Below, piece after piece: positions 41,648 to 51,931 of a DNA stretch of 64,000 nt. The position numbers and the translations under genes are program-made. How positions within the stretch are numbered: position 1 is the first letter of the stretch; every line of letters begins with the position of its first letter. The DNA is from a virus. The stretch lies in UHGV virus genome UHGV-0176771. One strand, given 5' to 3'. A model generated the notes under the pieces. The model saw nothing but the letters and a program-made list of their open reading frames with translations. It was not told the DNA's origin and did no database searches.

Positions 41648-43705
41648 ATGGAATTTAAAGAATTTAGAAATATGATTTCTGATCATTTTAAAACAATGAC
41701 AAAAGATGTTGATAGGTTGTTTGAAGTTGGTGTAGATAAGGATGAAATGTGGAATACATATCTTGATAGTTTTCCGTCAGGAACAAATGAGATTTACAGG
41801 AAAAGAAGGGAATATGATTGTAGTTGTTGTAGACAGTTTATCAAGCAAATTGGTAATGCTGTAGTAGTTAAAGACAATAAGCTGGAGACAATTTGGGATT
41901 TAGACATTCATGATAATAAATTTGAAACTGTTGCAAAAGCTATGTCTGATTTTATAAGAAGGCACTGTGTGACAGACGTGTATGTAAGCAAATTCAAAAA
42001 AATTGGAACAGAGTCCAACTATGAACAGTATGAAGACGGAACAATGAAAAAGTGGGAACATTTTCAAATTATTTTAGACGATAAATTTGTGGACAAAACT
42101 ACTCGATCAATTGGTGATATTAAAGGCGGATTTAGAGACACGAAAAATGTATTTAAAAGGTCTCTTGATGAAATTTCTATGGATGCGTTAGAGACAGTGC
42201 TTGAGCTTATCAATTCCAACACTCTATACAAAGGAGAAGAGTGGAAGTCTATCCTGATGGAATTTAAGAGATATAAGAAAGAATATGAAAAATTAAATTC
42301 TGATGAGGATCGCGATTTATATGCATGGGAGAATTCTGTAAAAGCAGGTATTGCAATTGGACGAATTAGAAATCACAGTATCGGAACACTTCTTGTGAAT
42401 GTAAGTAATGACATGGATCTTGATACAGCAGTAAAAAAATATGAACAGATTGTAGCACCGGCAAATTATAAAAGACCTAAAGCAATTTTTACGAAAAAAA
42501 TGTTAGAAGATGCAAAGAAGACAATTTCTGAATTAGGATATATGGATTCTCTCAATAGAAGATTTGCAACTTTGGATGATATTACGGTGAATAATATTTT
42601 GTTCTCAAATAAAGATGCAGCGAAACGAATTTCAGATTCATCTGACATCTTTGGAGAATTAGAAAAACAGGTTGTAGTTAATCCAAGAAAATTTTCAAGA
42701 GTAGAAGAAATTTCTGCAAATGATTTCATTAAAAATGTCTTACCATCAGCGAAAGAAGTAGAAGTGCTAGTGGAAAACAAGCATTCGAATAATTTTGTTT
42801 CTCTAATTGCTCCTTGCAACAAAGATTCTAAATCAATGTTTAAATGGAACAATGGATTGAGTTGGGCTTATTCAGGCAATATTACGGATTCTGACATGAA
42901 GCAGAATGTAAAAGCTGCAGGTGGAAATGTGGATGGTGTTCTTAGATTCTCTATCCAATGGAATGAAGATGGAAGAGACAATTGTGATTTAGATGCACAT
43001 TGTATTGAACCAAACGGAAATGAAATTTATTTCAGTAATTGTAGAAAACCATCAATGTCATATATGACAGGTCAACTTGATGTAGACATTATTCATCCAA
43101 ATGGCAAGGTTGCTGTGGAAAATATTACATGGTCAGATAAATCAAAAATGAAACCAGGTGTTTACAAATTTTTTGTAAATCAGTATTCAGGAAGTGCTAG
43201 AAATGGATTTAGAGCAGAGATTGAATTCAATGGAGAAATTTATTCTTTTGATTATAGCAATTCAATGAGAACGGGACAAGATGTTTATGTAGCTGATGTA
43301 ATTTTGGATACTAATGGGGAATTTACAATCAAGGAAAAAATTTCCGGGAACTCTAAAGTCTCAAGTAGAACAGTTTGGGGAATTTCAACAAATGAGTTTA
43401 CGCCGGTATCGGTAGTTTGTTATAGCCCAAATTATTTTGACGAACAGGACGGTATTGGTCATAGACATTTGTTCTTTATGTTGAACGGATGTAAAAATGA
43501 TGAAGAACCAAATGGATACTATAATGAATTCTTAAAGAGTGAATTAGAAAAGCATAAAAGAGTATTTGAAGCTCTAGGATCAAAATGCCATGTAGAAGAT
43601 TCTGAGGATCAGCTTTCTGGAATTGGTTTTAGCATGACAAAAAGAGCAGAGCTGGTTGTAAAAGTAAAAGGTGCAACAGAGAGAATTTTAAAAATTAAGT
43701 TTTAA
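41648..43705 (+). CDS. large hypothetical protein (685 aa)
   Basis: Longest ORF in the window. RBS AAAGAGAGGTAATAAGT then ATG. No family recognised. C-terminal third is beta-rich (GGNVDGVLRFSIQWNEDGRDNCDLDAHCIEPNGNEIYF...). Confidence 0.6.
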   Translation: MEFKEFRNMISDHFKTMTKDVDRLFEVGVDKDEMWNTYLDSFPSGTNEIYRKRREYDCSCCRQFIKQIGNAVVVKDNKLETIWDLDIHDNKFETVAKAMSDFIRRHCVTDVYVSKFKKIGTESNYEQYEDGTMKKWEHFQIILDDKFVDKTTRSIGDIKGGFRDTKNVFKRSLDEISMDALETVLELINSNTLYKGEEWKSILMEFKRYKKEYEKLNSDEDRDLYAWENSVKAGIAIGRIRNHSIGTLLVNVSNDMDLDTAVKKYEQIVAPANYKRPKAIFTKKMLEDAKKTISELGYMDSLNRRFATLDDITVNNILFSNKDAAKRISDSSDIFGELEKQVVVNPRKFSRVEEISANDFIKNVLPSAKEVEVLVENKHSNNFVSLIAPCNKDSKSMFKWNNGLSWAYSGNITDSDMKQNVKAAGGNVDGVLRFSIQWNEDGRDNCDLDAHCIEPNGNEIYFSNCRKPSMSYMTGQLDVDIIHPNGKVAVENITWSDKSKMKPGVYKFFVNQYSGSARNGFRAEIEFNGEIYSFDYSNSMRTGQDVYVADVILDTNGEFTIKEKISGNSKVSSRTVWGISTNEFTPVSVVCYSPNYFDEQDGIGHRHLFFMLNGCKNDEEPNGYYNEFLKSELEKHKRVFEALGSKCHVEDSEDQLSGIGFSMTKRAELVVKVKGATERILKIKF

Positions 43706-43724
43706 TCAAGAAGGAGAAAGTAAT

Positions 43725-44102
43725 ATGAGTACGAACATGTTTGAAATTGCTACTAGAAACAAATTTAGATTTCCATTTAAAGGTGTGATTTCTACCGAAG
43801 ATTTATGGGATTTAAGTGTAGAGAGTCTTGACAATGTGTTCAAGACGCTTAACTCTGAGATGAAGAAAACAAAAGAAGAAAGTCTTTTGAGTACAAAGAG
43901 CAAGGACGATGAAGTGCTTGAACTAAAAATTGAAATTGTTAAACATATTGTTACGGTAAAACAGGAAGAAAAGGAAGCAAGAGAAAGGAAATTCTTGGAT
44001 AGAGAACGTAATCAGAAAATTATGTCTATTATTGCTGCGAAGCAGGATGAACAGTTACATAATATGTCAGTAGAAGAATTGCAGAAATTGCTTGTAGAAT
44101 AA
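43725..44102 (+). CDS. hypothetical coiled-coil protein (125 aa)
   Basis: ORF track. RBS AAGAAGGAGAAAGTAAT then ATG. Confidence 0.5.
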   Translation: MSTNMFEIATRNKFRFPFKGVISTEDLWDLSVESLDNVFKTLNSEMKKTKEESLLSTKSKDDEVLELKIEIVKHIVTVKQEEKEARERKFLDRERNQKIMSIIAAKQDEQLHNMSVEELQKLLVE

Positions 44103-44260
44103 GTGAATAATAAAACAGACACTCATCTCCGCGACCAAACTTTGATGGGTGTCTGAAAACACAATACATTGGACAATTAGGAATCCAACGCAACTAATAT
44201 ATTACATATCTTTACATGTTTAGTCAAGCATGGATTCCAAATTTACAAAATTAAATATAG

Positions 44261-45100
44261 GTGGGAGTGATTATTATCGGAGAGTACAAGCCAATTAATT
44301 TTACATATTATAATCCGAGAACCAGCATTTTTAAATCTGGGAAAAGTGACAGAGAACGTATTTCTGTTTATAAGTGTAATAATTGCGAAAATTGCGATGC
44401 TTATAAGCGCAAATGTTGTGTGATGCTGAATGGATTATGGTGGCATAAGTGTCCTTACGGCACAATTGAAAAGAAAGAAGGTTTTACAAAAGCAGCACGT
44501 AAATGCGGATATTTAGTAAGTGAATATAAGGAAAAATACGGAGATGTTGAATATGCGTTAAAACCATTAAATTTTGTATGCGAAATTGGAGATTATGTTT
44601 ATCTTGGATTGCCACATCTTAATGGTTATAATAATCCGATTCGAAATAGTGATTTCTTTGTAGATGATGACATGATTAAGAAAGAAGATTTTACGCCTGA
44701 ATTTATTGTGGGACTTATTAAATATAGACCATATGCACTTATGGGCGGAGAAATATCTTCTTATCAGAAAGAATATGTCCCAAAGTTCTGTGATCAACTT
44801 AAAAGATTTATGCCTGATATGTATACAAGAGTGTGTGAAATTTATCCGGAAATTAGGTCATTGGTAGAGAATATTGATTATACAGGCAAGAGAGCAAAGT
44901 TAATGACACTTCTTCCTGGGGAAGTTAAATTATCGACAGATGTTCTTGAATGGGATGGTGAATTATTACACGGGAAAGGTAAACAAATTTCATTTTGGGG
45001 ATTAGACGACGAAGAAGTAACTATTATTCCAAATGAAAATACAATCGTGACGATTTGTGATAATTCGACAGTGACAAATGAAACAGAATTCGAGGAGTAA
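44261..45100 (+). CDS. Cys-rich hypothetical protein (279 aa, GTG start)
   Basis: ORF track. CNNCENCDAYKRKCCVM...WHKCPYG cysteine cluster. Confidence 0.5.
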   Translation: MGVIIIGEYKPINFTYYNPRTSIFKSGKSDRERISVYKCNNCENCDAYKRKCCVMLNGLWWHKCPYGTIEKKEGFTKAARKCGYLVSEYKEKYGDVEYALKPLNFVCEIGDYVYLGLPHLNGYNNPIRNSDFFVDDDMIKKEDFTPEFIVGLIKYRPYALMGGEISSYQKEYVPKFCDQLKRFMPDMYTRVCEIYPEIRSLVENIDYTGKRAKLMTLLPGEVKLSTDVLEWDGELLHGKGKQISFWGLDDEEVTIIPNENTIVTICDNSTVTNETEFEE

Positions 45101-45178
45101 AGAAGACAAGAAAAGATACGATGCAGAACGCCGCAGCGACTAGAACATGGTTTGATGAATATGAGAAAGGAAAACAAA

Positions 45179-45505
45179 ATGGTAACTAAAGAATTAGGGA
45201 AAATCACTTTCGCTGAATATGGAACCATTAGAGATTACCCATATTATATAGGTTTGCAACTCGGTTTTCGTATGAATGGAAGTGCTGTTATGGACGGCGG
45301 AAAATATACAGTAAATATTAGTCCAGAATGTAAATGGTGGAAAACGAACCGAGAAGAGTCTATTACGAAATCTGTTGAAGAAGTTAATCGGATTTTAAAA
45401 GATGCAAAAGTAAATTATGTATCTGAGTTAGTAAATAAACCGGTTGAAGTAACTATTGAAAATAACACATTTAAAGACTTCAGGATTCTTACTGAGGTGT
45501 TGTAG
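45179..45505 (+). CDS. hypothetical protein (108 aa from ATG 45179)
   Basis: RBS GAGAAAGGAAAACAAA then ATG 45179. ORF track starts at 45152. Confidence 0.5.
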   Translation: MVTKELGKITFAEYGTIRDYPYYIGLQLGFRMNGSAVMDGGKYTVNISPECKWWKTNREESITKSVEEVNRILKDAKVNYVSELVNKPVEVTIENNTFKDFRILTEVL

Positions 45506-45514
45506 GGGTGAAAT

Positions 45515-45979
45515 ATGTTTTTTAAAACAAAGAAGAAAGAAAAACAAAAAACATTTATTTATTGTCCAAAATGCAATACTGAATTAATTAAAAATGGATT
45601 GTTCATAAAAGATGAAGATGGAGTGCTCGAATACGGATGTCCGAAGTGCGGAACAACATCTTTTTGGGATTTTAGTTTCCCGGCTCCGTATTTAAGAACA
45701 TGTAAGGATTGTATGCATATACATGATAATGATTTTGGTTCACCTTATTGTGAAAAAGAGGTAAACAAAAAATGTAGTCCAAATACACAAAAAATGTTTG
45801 ATGTGCGAGGATGTGAATATTGTGATACCGGACTTCCTTTTGCATATGGAAGAACAAACTCTCAAGGAATCTCTATTCAATATCCAAATGAATTAACTGC
45901 TTATGCGTATGACAAAAATATAGCTACTATGAAAATTAAATATTGTCCTATGTGTGGCAAGAAATTGAAAGAGGGATAA
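45515..45979 (+). CDS. multi-zinc-ribbon protein (154 aa)
   Basis: CPKCNTE...CPKCGT...CKDCMH...CEYCDTG...CPMCGKK, five CxxC pairs. RBS GTAGGGGTGAAAT then ATG. Confidence 0.5.
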   Translation: MFFKTKKKEKQKTFIYCPKCNTELIKNGLFIKDEDGVLEYGCPKCGTTSFWDFSFPAPYLRTCKDCMHIHDNDFGSPYCEKEVNKKCSPNTQKMFDVRGCEYCDTGLPFAYGRTNSQGISIQYPNELTAYAYDKNIATMKIKYCPMCGKKLKEG

Positions 45980-46045
45980 AACAAATAATGGATAAGTTAT
46001 CAAATAAAAACTGGATTTCAAATTATGTTTTAAAAGGAGATATAA

Positions 46046-46327
46046 ATGAAACCTAAAATCGGTAGAAAAGTATATTGTATTTATGGTACAGGAATCATGG
46101 TTGATTATGTTGGTTATGTAGGGAAAGATAGCTTTATAGTTGATAGTTATGGGGGGTGTAAAGAATCAGATAGCTGGGAATGGGATTATGATTTATATGG
46201 TGAAAAATGGTTCACAAGTTTGTCTAAAGCTAAAAAGAAACTAATTGATATGTATAAAGATAAATATGAAAACAAATTAAAAATAGTGAAAATTGCAGAT
46301 GATTGGTATGCACTTGAGTTTTGTTAA
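46046..46327 (+). CDS. hypothetical protein (93 aa)
   Basis: ORF track. RBS AAAAGGAGATATAA then ATG. Confidence 0.5.
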   Translation: MKPKIGRKVYCIYGTGIMVDYVGYVGKDSFIVDSYGGCKESDSWEWDYDLYGEKWFTSLSKAKKKLIDMYKDKYENKLKIVKIADDWYALEFC

Positions 46328-46350
46328 TATGGGAGAAGGTGGTATAGAAA

Positions 46351-46629
46351 ATGAATAAAGATTGGACTTCAGTTAAAAAGACGGGGTTGCCTGAATTAGA
46401 AGAAGTTTCAACAACAAATTTCAGTTCTGTATATAAAAGCAAAGAAGTTTTAATTCAAACCAAACGAGGCGAGCGATTTGTGGCATATTGTAGAAAAGAA
46501 ATGTACGCGAATAAGAAATGGAAAGATGAAGTTTATTGGTTTATATATGGAACAGGCGGAAGGAAAATGAAAGTAATTAGTAAAGTGATTGCTTGGATGG
46601 AATTACCGGATAGATATGAAGGAGAATAG
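46351..46629 (+). CDS. hypothetical protein (92 aa)
   Basis: ORF track. RBS GGGAGAAGGTGGTATAGAAA then ATG. Confidence 0.5.
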   Translation: MNKDWTSVKKTGLPELEEVSTTNFSSVYKSKEVLIQTKRGERFVAYCRKEMYANKKWKDEVYWFIYGTGGRKMKVISKVIAWMELPDRYEGE

Positions 46630-46633
46630 TACA

Positions 46634-47272
46634 GTGAACAAATATTTAAGTATTATTACAAATTTTGGGTGTCATTATACATGTCCGTATTGCATTGTAA
46701 AAGAAAATAATTTAAAGATCCCTAAAACAACTATCAAAGGTCTTCACAAGTTGTTGCCTGATATTAATAAATATTGTTGTGATATTATCTCTGTTTCGGG
46801 TGGTGGTGATCCGTTACATAATTACGAAGAAAACAAAGATTGGTGGGATGTACTTTTTAAAAAAGCCGATTCGTATCATTTGCCAATAGAGATTCATACA
46901 TCTTATATTGATAATTTAGCGGTGAACAAATTAGCAGCGAAAACAAAACGAATGGTGTATCATCTTAGAGATTTTTCGCAACTTGAAAAAATTAAAAGGT
47001 TTGGAGATGAAATCATTCGTGTTGTATATGTTGTAACGAAAGATTTTACATTACAGCAGTTAATGGATATTAGTTTATTCGTTAAGAACTCAGACTGTAT
47101 TGATGAATTGAGTTTTAGACAAATGGTGAACGAGGATTACCAAGAAGAACATTATTTAGAAGATTACTTGAAATTAGGACATAAGAAATTATGGCACTAT
47201 ATTGAGCAAAATGATTACAACTTATATTATGCGGAGAATAAAATTTATACAAGTTTTGAAGAGTTTAATTAG
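46634..47272 (+). CDS. Radical SAM domain protein, COG0602-like (QueE/NrdG-type organic radical activating enzyme family) (212 aa, GTG start)
   Basis: CxxxCxxC cluster motif GCHYTCPYC and glycine-rich SAM motif SVSGGGDPL. RBS GAAGGAGAATAGTACA then GTG 46634. ORF track starts at 46589. Confidence 0.65.
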   Translation: MNKYLSIITNFGCHYTCPYCIVKENNLKIPKTTIKGLHKLLPDINKYCCDIISVSGGGDPLHNYEENKDWWDVLFKKADSYHLPIEIHTSYIDNLAVNKLAAKTKRMVYHLRDFSQLEKIKRFGDEIIRVVYVVTKDFTLQQLMDISLFVKNSDCIDELSFRQMVNEDYQEEHYLEDYLKLGHKKLWHYIEQNDYNLYYAENKIYTSFEEFN

Positions 47273-47425
47273 TGATATGGATTTAAAGAGAGAGCAAGAA
47301 TACATTAAGAATTTTTTTTGAAGAGTTAACGTATAAAGAGTTTACGCAGATGCTTGATGAATGTGGAAATAATCTAATATTACCTACAAAACAAATTTAT
47401 TCGGAGTTGGTTAAGGAAGGATTTT

Positions 47426-47854
47426 ATGATTAAAGAATTTTGTTTAGCATGGGAGAAAAATAAAGACAAGCTTGAGGAGTATTTTAAGAATACAAAACAA
47501 GACGAGTATAGTGAGTATATGGATTTAGTTGGGTTACTATTTGATATTGTTATTAATCCTGAACTTGGGGGTTGGGATACTAACAAATTTGATACGAAAA
47601 ATATTTTGAAAATTGATGACGGAGATTATCAAGGAACAGAAATTTATATTTTACATAGGGATGTGTATCAGCCAGGTATCGAAGATTATGTATATACAAA
47701 TACATATTATGGTTCATGCAGCGGATGTGATACTTTGTTATCAATTAACGAATACGAAGATGGATTACCAAGTGAGTCTCAGGTTAATGATTACATGGAT
47801 CTATGTTTACATCTTTTACAAAGATGTCATTATATGATTGACGAGGAGAAATAA
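47426..47854 (+). CDS. hypothetical protein (142 aa)
   Basis: ORF track. RBS GTTAAGGAAGGATTTT then ATG. Confidence 0.5.
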   Translation: MIKEFCLAWEKNKDKLEEYFKNTKQDEYSEYMDLVGLLFDIVINPELGGWDTNKFDTKNILKIDDGDYQGTEIYILHRDVYQPGIEDYVYTNTYYGSCSGCDTLLSINEYEDGLPSESQVNDYMDLCLHLLQRCHYMIDEEK

Positions 47855-47958
47855 CAGGAAGTTAATAGAACAATAGATAATAACAAAAGAGTAAAAGTAA
47901 CAGAAAAATTATTCAAATACAAAGGATGAAATGTCTGTTTTATGAGGTGAAAAATAAA

Positions 47959-48513
47959 ATGAAAAGTTACAAAGAAGAGTATTTAAAAGTATTAGACACA
48001 CTGATAGAAGTACGGCAGATTCTAGAAGAAAATGGATTTGATAAAGGGATGTATAACAGTGACTTGTCAGAATTATATGCTCTAACGAAGAAGCTATTGA
48101 GTATTGCATATAAATATAAAAAATGGAACATTGATAAAAATGTTATGGCGTATAAAGGTTTTACAGAAATTGAATATGGAATAGGAATTTTCAGATTTAA
48201 AAATATTACAAATTATGGTGATATTGACGAGGAAGAATTATTAAAAATATCTTTTCCAACTGGAGGTTATATTTTTGGCGATTATTATGATGTTGAATAT
48301 TTTGAAGAGTTTTATAAAGAGCTACATAATGTAAAACCTAAATACGAAGACGTGTTGAATCACGCATTGTATTATTCAGTGGACAATGGAGATGAGGCAT
48401 ATGCTCATTATAAAAACACATATGATAAGTTTTTAAAAAAATATGACACCAGAAGAAAACAGATGCAGATTAAAGAATTGGAAGAACAGATTAGTAAACT
48501 GAAAGAAGAATAA
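47959..48513 (+). CDS. hypothetical protein (184 aa from ATG 47959)
   Basis: RBS TGAGGTGAAAAATAAA then ATG 47959. ORF track starts at 47926. Confidence 0.5.
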   Translation: MKSYKEEYLKVLDTLIEVRQILEENGFDKGMYNSDLSELYALTKKLLSIAYKYKKWNIDKNVMAYKGFTEIEYGIGIFRFKNITNYGDIDEEELLKISFPTGGYIFGDYYDVEYFEEFYKELHNVKPKYEDVLNHALYYSVDNGDEAYAHYKNTYDKFLKKYDTRRKQMQIKELEEQISKLKEE

Positions 48514-48561
48514 CATGACTGATAAAATACAATTTTCAAATTATTGTTGAGGTGAGAGAAA

Positions 48562-49251
48562 ATGAGATTTAAAGGAGACATTATTATCACGGATCCATGT
48601 TATATTTGCAAAGAAAAGAAAGAGGTAGGAAAATTTCCTAAAGCAAAAGATTATTTTTCTTATAGTAGAGAGAAATATTATCCAGATTACAGAAAAATGG
48701 ATGAAAACGAAATTGAAGCGTTAGAAGAAGATACTGGTTTTCCAAAAGAGTTTTTATTAGAAGAATGGATTCATAAATCTGAACAGTATGAAGAAGAGAA
48801 TAAAAGATATGAAGCAGCCATTCAGGAATATAGAAAAAATAATGTTGATGATTGGGAACTATGCAATTATGGGGAAGATATGGAAGTGTTAGGAATCAAA
48901 AATTATATTTGTAGAGACACATTGTATGGTGATTGGTCTTGCACTACTTACAATTCTGATACGCATGAAAAGATCGGAGAGTTCTGCGCGGATGCTGGGA
49001 TGGTAGGAGTATTTTTACTTGATGAAGTTTTAAAGTATAATCCAGATTTTAATTATCATATTGAATGTCCGTGGACAACAACACTGATTAAAGATTTTGA
49101 CGGAGAAATTGATTTTGAAATTATCCATACAGAAGGTGTATATGAAGATGATACGGAGTTTCATAGCAAGGGTGATAGATGGGAAGATGATTCTGTAAGT
49201 GTTATTGGAAGAGGGAATATTAATTTTGAAACAAGACAGACAGGATTTTAG
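48562..49251 (+). CDS. hypothetical protein (229 aa)
   Basis: ORF track. RBS TGAGGTGAGAGAAA then ATG. Confidence 0.5.
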   Translation: MRFKGDIIITDPCYICKEKKEVGKFPKAKDYFSYSREKYYPDYRKMDENEIEALEEDTGFPKEFLLEEWIHKSEQYEEENKRYEAAIQEYRKNNVDDWELCNYGEDMEVLGIKNYICRDTLYGDWSCTTYNSDTHEKIGEFCADAGMVGVFLLDEVLKYNPDFNYHIECPWTTTLIKDFDGEIDFEIIHTEGVYEDDTEFHSKGDRWEDDSVSVIGRGNINFETRQTGF

Positions 49252-49345
49252 AATTTGTAGTTTCATGGTTCCATAGACAACAGAATTTGGATTAAATAAG
49301 TGGGAATTAAATTGTGAGATTCGCTCATATGAAGTAGTCAGTAAT

Positions 49346-49651
49346 ATGTCTGATCCGGTTCACTTAGCAATAAATAAAGTAGAGGTGATTATATTGATTA
49401 ATAGTTTTAAAATTACAAACATTAATATCGATAAGTTGAACAAAAAAATAGATGAGTTTCAAGTTTCTAATCAACTTTCTCCATACATTTTTATGAATTC
49501 AGATACTATTGAAGAATTAATAAAAATAGCTGGATATAATCCAGACAAAGTGTGGGGAGTAATGGAACAAGAAGGTGTATATGGAACTTATAAAGGAAAT
49601 AAAATATTTTGTGATGAAGAAAAAGGTTTCGGAGAAGTCGAATTGAGATAA
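49346..49651 (+). CDS. hypothetical protein (101 aa)
   Basis: ORF track. Followed by the TTGACG-GTCATGAA-CGTCAA inverted repeat at 49690-49709. Confidence 0.5.
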   Translation: MSDPVHLAINKVEVIILINSFKITNINIDKLNKKIDEFQVSNQLSPYIFMNSDTIEELIKIAGYNPDKVWGVMEQEGVYGTYKGNKIFCDEEKGFGEVELR

Positions 49652-49830
49652 ATATTGTTTTGTTAAAAGCATAAAGAGAATAATATATTGACGGTCATGA
49701 ACGTCAAATAAAATATATTTTTCATTTGAATCAGATCAGTTGCAAATGGTCTAATTACATAGATATTTAAGAAAGGATAAATGAGCAATCCTAGGTAGAA
49801 TGTGTGTGCACACCTCTTATATAGAGGTAA

Positions 49831-51666
49831 ATGGTAGAAAATAAAGATAAAAAATATAATTCAGATAAACATTGGGAACTTGTAAATTTTTGTGAATTTG
49901 ATAAGTATGCAGCAAAGAGCTACTGTGCAATTCACAATGTAGATGAAAATTTGAATCTTGGTGATATCACAAAGGTCGATGAAACTGAATTAGATGATTT
50001 TAATATGATTTGTGGAGGGTCGCCGTGCCAGGATTTCAGCGTGGCAGGAAAACAAAAGGGGTCTGTATGGACTTGTAAAGATTGTGGACATGAATATAAT
50101 CCATTAACAGTTCATTGGAGTAAAAGAGATTGTTGTCCGAATTGTGGAAGTAAAAATATTGAAAAGACAAGATCTTCTCTCCTTGTAGAATATTTACGAG
50201 TAGTTAGATCAAATAGACCTAATTTTGGAATTTATGAAAATGTAAAGAATATTGTTGGAAAACAGTTTAAAGACACAACATTTAAATTATTTACTGATGA
50301 ATTAGAAGAATATGGATATAACGTATATTGGAAGGTTCTGAATGCTAAAAATTATGGAATTCCACAGAACAGAGAACGTGTGTATCTGTTATTTATTAAA
50401 AAGGATTTGGATAATGGTAAGTTTGAATTTCCAGAGCCTTTTGATAATGGATTAAGATTGAAGGATTTATTGGAAGATGAAGTCGATGAGAAGTTCTATA
50501 TTTCTGATGAGAAAGTTGAAAGATTTATTACAAATTTAAATGACAAAAATTCTTTATTATATGATCCATGCCAAGTGAAAAGAGAAGGAAAGAGCAGAGA
50601 ATATTCTGAATATGCACCAACATTAACTTCGAGAGATTATAAAGATCCAAGATTAGTAAATGAAAATGTTGTAAGACAAGTTGGAAATATTTCCGATTGT
50701 AATGGAGCATGGGACAATCCGCAAGTAGGGAGAGTTTATGATGTAAGTGGTTGCAGCCAAACATTGAATACATGTAGTGGTGGTGGTCATGAACCGAAGG
50801 TTATTACAGGAATTGATAAGTCATATAACAATCCAAAATTCATTGAAACGGCAAATTGTATTACTTCACGAGAAGATCGTGGTATTTCAAATAGGAAGTC
50901 TGAAGGTGCAGCAGTTTTAGAAACTCCAAATATTAGTTATTGTTTGGACTCTAACTATTACAAAGGAACAACAATAGAACAATATATGAATAAACATCGT
51001 AGACAATTGATAGTCGAAAATAATAAAGTTGCAATCAAACAAGCTACTAAACAAGGATATATCGAATGTGAAATTGGTGGTGTTGCAGATTTGTCTTATC
51101 CAGACAGTAAAACTAGAAGAGGCCGAGTGCAGGATAATGGGAATACACGCCCAACCATTACGGCTACAGAAACTTGTATTTGTAGAATTGAACCTAAAGA
51201 AAGATTTTTTAAACAAGCACTTGAAACTTTAAATGAAAATGATTGTAAACCAGGAGATACAATTAACGCATTTAATAAACATGTTGACAAAACTGGATTT
51301 TCTCCAACATTAACTACAAGACCAGAAGGATTTAAAACAGCAATTCTACCTGTTACAGATAATATTAGAATTCGTAAGCTAACGCCGAAGGAGTGCTTTA
51401 GGCTTATGGGATTTTCTGATGAAGATTTTGATTCAGCGCAGAAAGCAGGAATCTCAAACAGTCAATTGTACAAGCAAGCTGGAAATTCAATTGTAGTAGA
51501 TGTTCTTTATTACATATATGTAGAGCTTTATAAAGCTATGCCTTATTTGTTTGATGATCTGAAATTAAGTAGTTTCTTCTCTGGAATTGGCGCTTTTGAG
51601 ATTGCACTTGATAGATTATACAAAGGTATTAATTCCGGAAATTTTATCAATCCACAGACAGAGTAA
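49831..51666 (+). CDS. DNA cytosine-5 methyltransferase, apparently circularly permuted (motif I at the C-terminus), with a zinc-ribbon insertion after motif IV (611 aa)
   Basis: Motifs in order: EFDKYAAKSY (II/III-like), GGSPCQDFSVAGKQKG (IV), inserted WTCKDCGHEY...CCPNCGS, IYENVKN (VI), GIPQNRERVYLLF (VIII), long TRD, LTPKECFRLMGF (IX), LYKQAGNSIVVDV (X), then SSFFSGIGAFEIAL (motif I FxGxG) at the C-terminus. An in-frame TAA lies immediately upstream of the start ATG. Confidence 0.8.
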   Translation: MVENKDKKYNSDKHWELVNFCEFDKYAAKSYCAIHNVDENLNLGDITKVDETELDDFNMICGGSPCQDFSVAGKQKGSVWTCKDCGHEYNPLTVHWSKRDCCPNCGSKNIEKTRSSLLVEYLRVVRSNRPNFGIYENVKNIVGKQFKDTTFKLFTDELEEYGYNVYWKVLNAKNYGIPQNRERVYLLFIKKDLDNGKFEFPEPFDNGLRLKDLLEDEVDEKFYISDEKVERFITNLNDKNSLLYDPCQVKREGKSREYSEYAPTLTSRDYKDPRLVNENVVRQVGNISDCNGAWDNPQVGRVYDVSGCSQTLNTCSGGGHEPKVITGIDKSYNNPKFIETANCITSREDRGISNRKSEGAAVLETPNISYCLDSNYYKGTTIEQYMNKHRRQLIVENNKVAIKQATKQGYIECEIGGVADLSYPDSKTRRGRVQDNGNTRPTITATETCICRIEPKERFFKQALETLNENDCKPGDTINAFNKHVDKTGFSPTLTTRPEGFKTAILPVTDNIRIRKLTPKECFRLMGFSDEDFDSAQKAGISNSQLYKQAGNSIVVDVLYYIYVELYKAMPYLFDDLKLSSFFSGIGAFEIALDRLYKGINSGNFINPQTE

Positions 51667-51931
51667 AATCTGTTTGTGGCAAAGAATATTTATGTTTGAA
51701 ATATCAGAGAACTGAGTATGCAAAAAAAATCAGAAAAGAATATGAAGCGGGCAAAATCAAAGAACGTAGATGCAATATGAGAGAATATACATTTAGAACA
51801 GACAGATGCTGTAATACAATAACAACAGTTCAAAAAGATAATTATATTACAGAGATAAATAATTGAAACTCACGTTTCAAATGGAGAAAATATGAAGTAT
51901 AAAGCAAAATTTGTTTTTATTTGGAGGGATA

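Noticed and set aside
49651-49830. Missing methyltransferase motif I encoded upstream (intron or frameshift)
   Set aside because: No frame upstream of 49831 encodes an FxGxG-like peptide, and an in-frame TAA abuts the ATG. The motif is instead found at the C-terminus.
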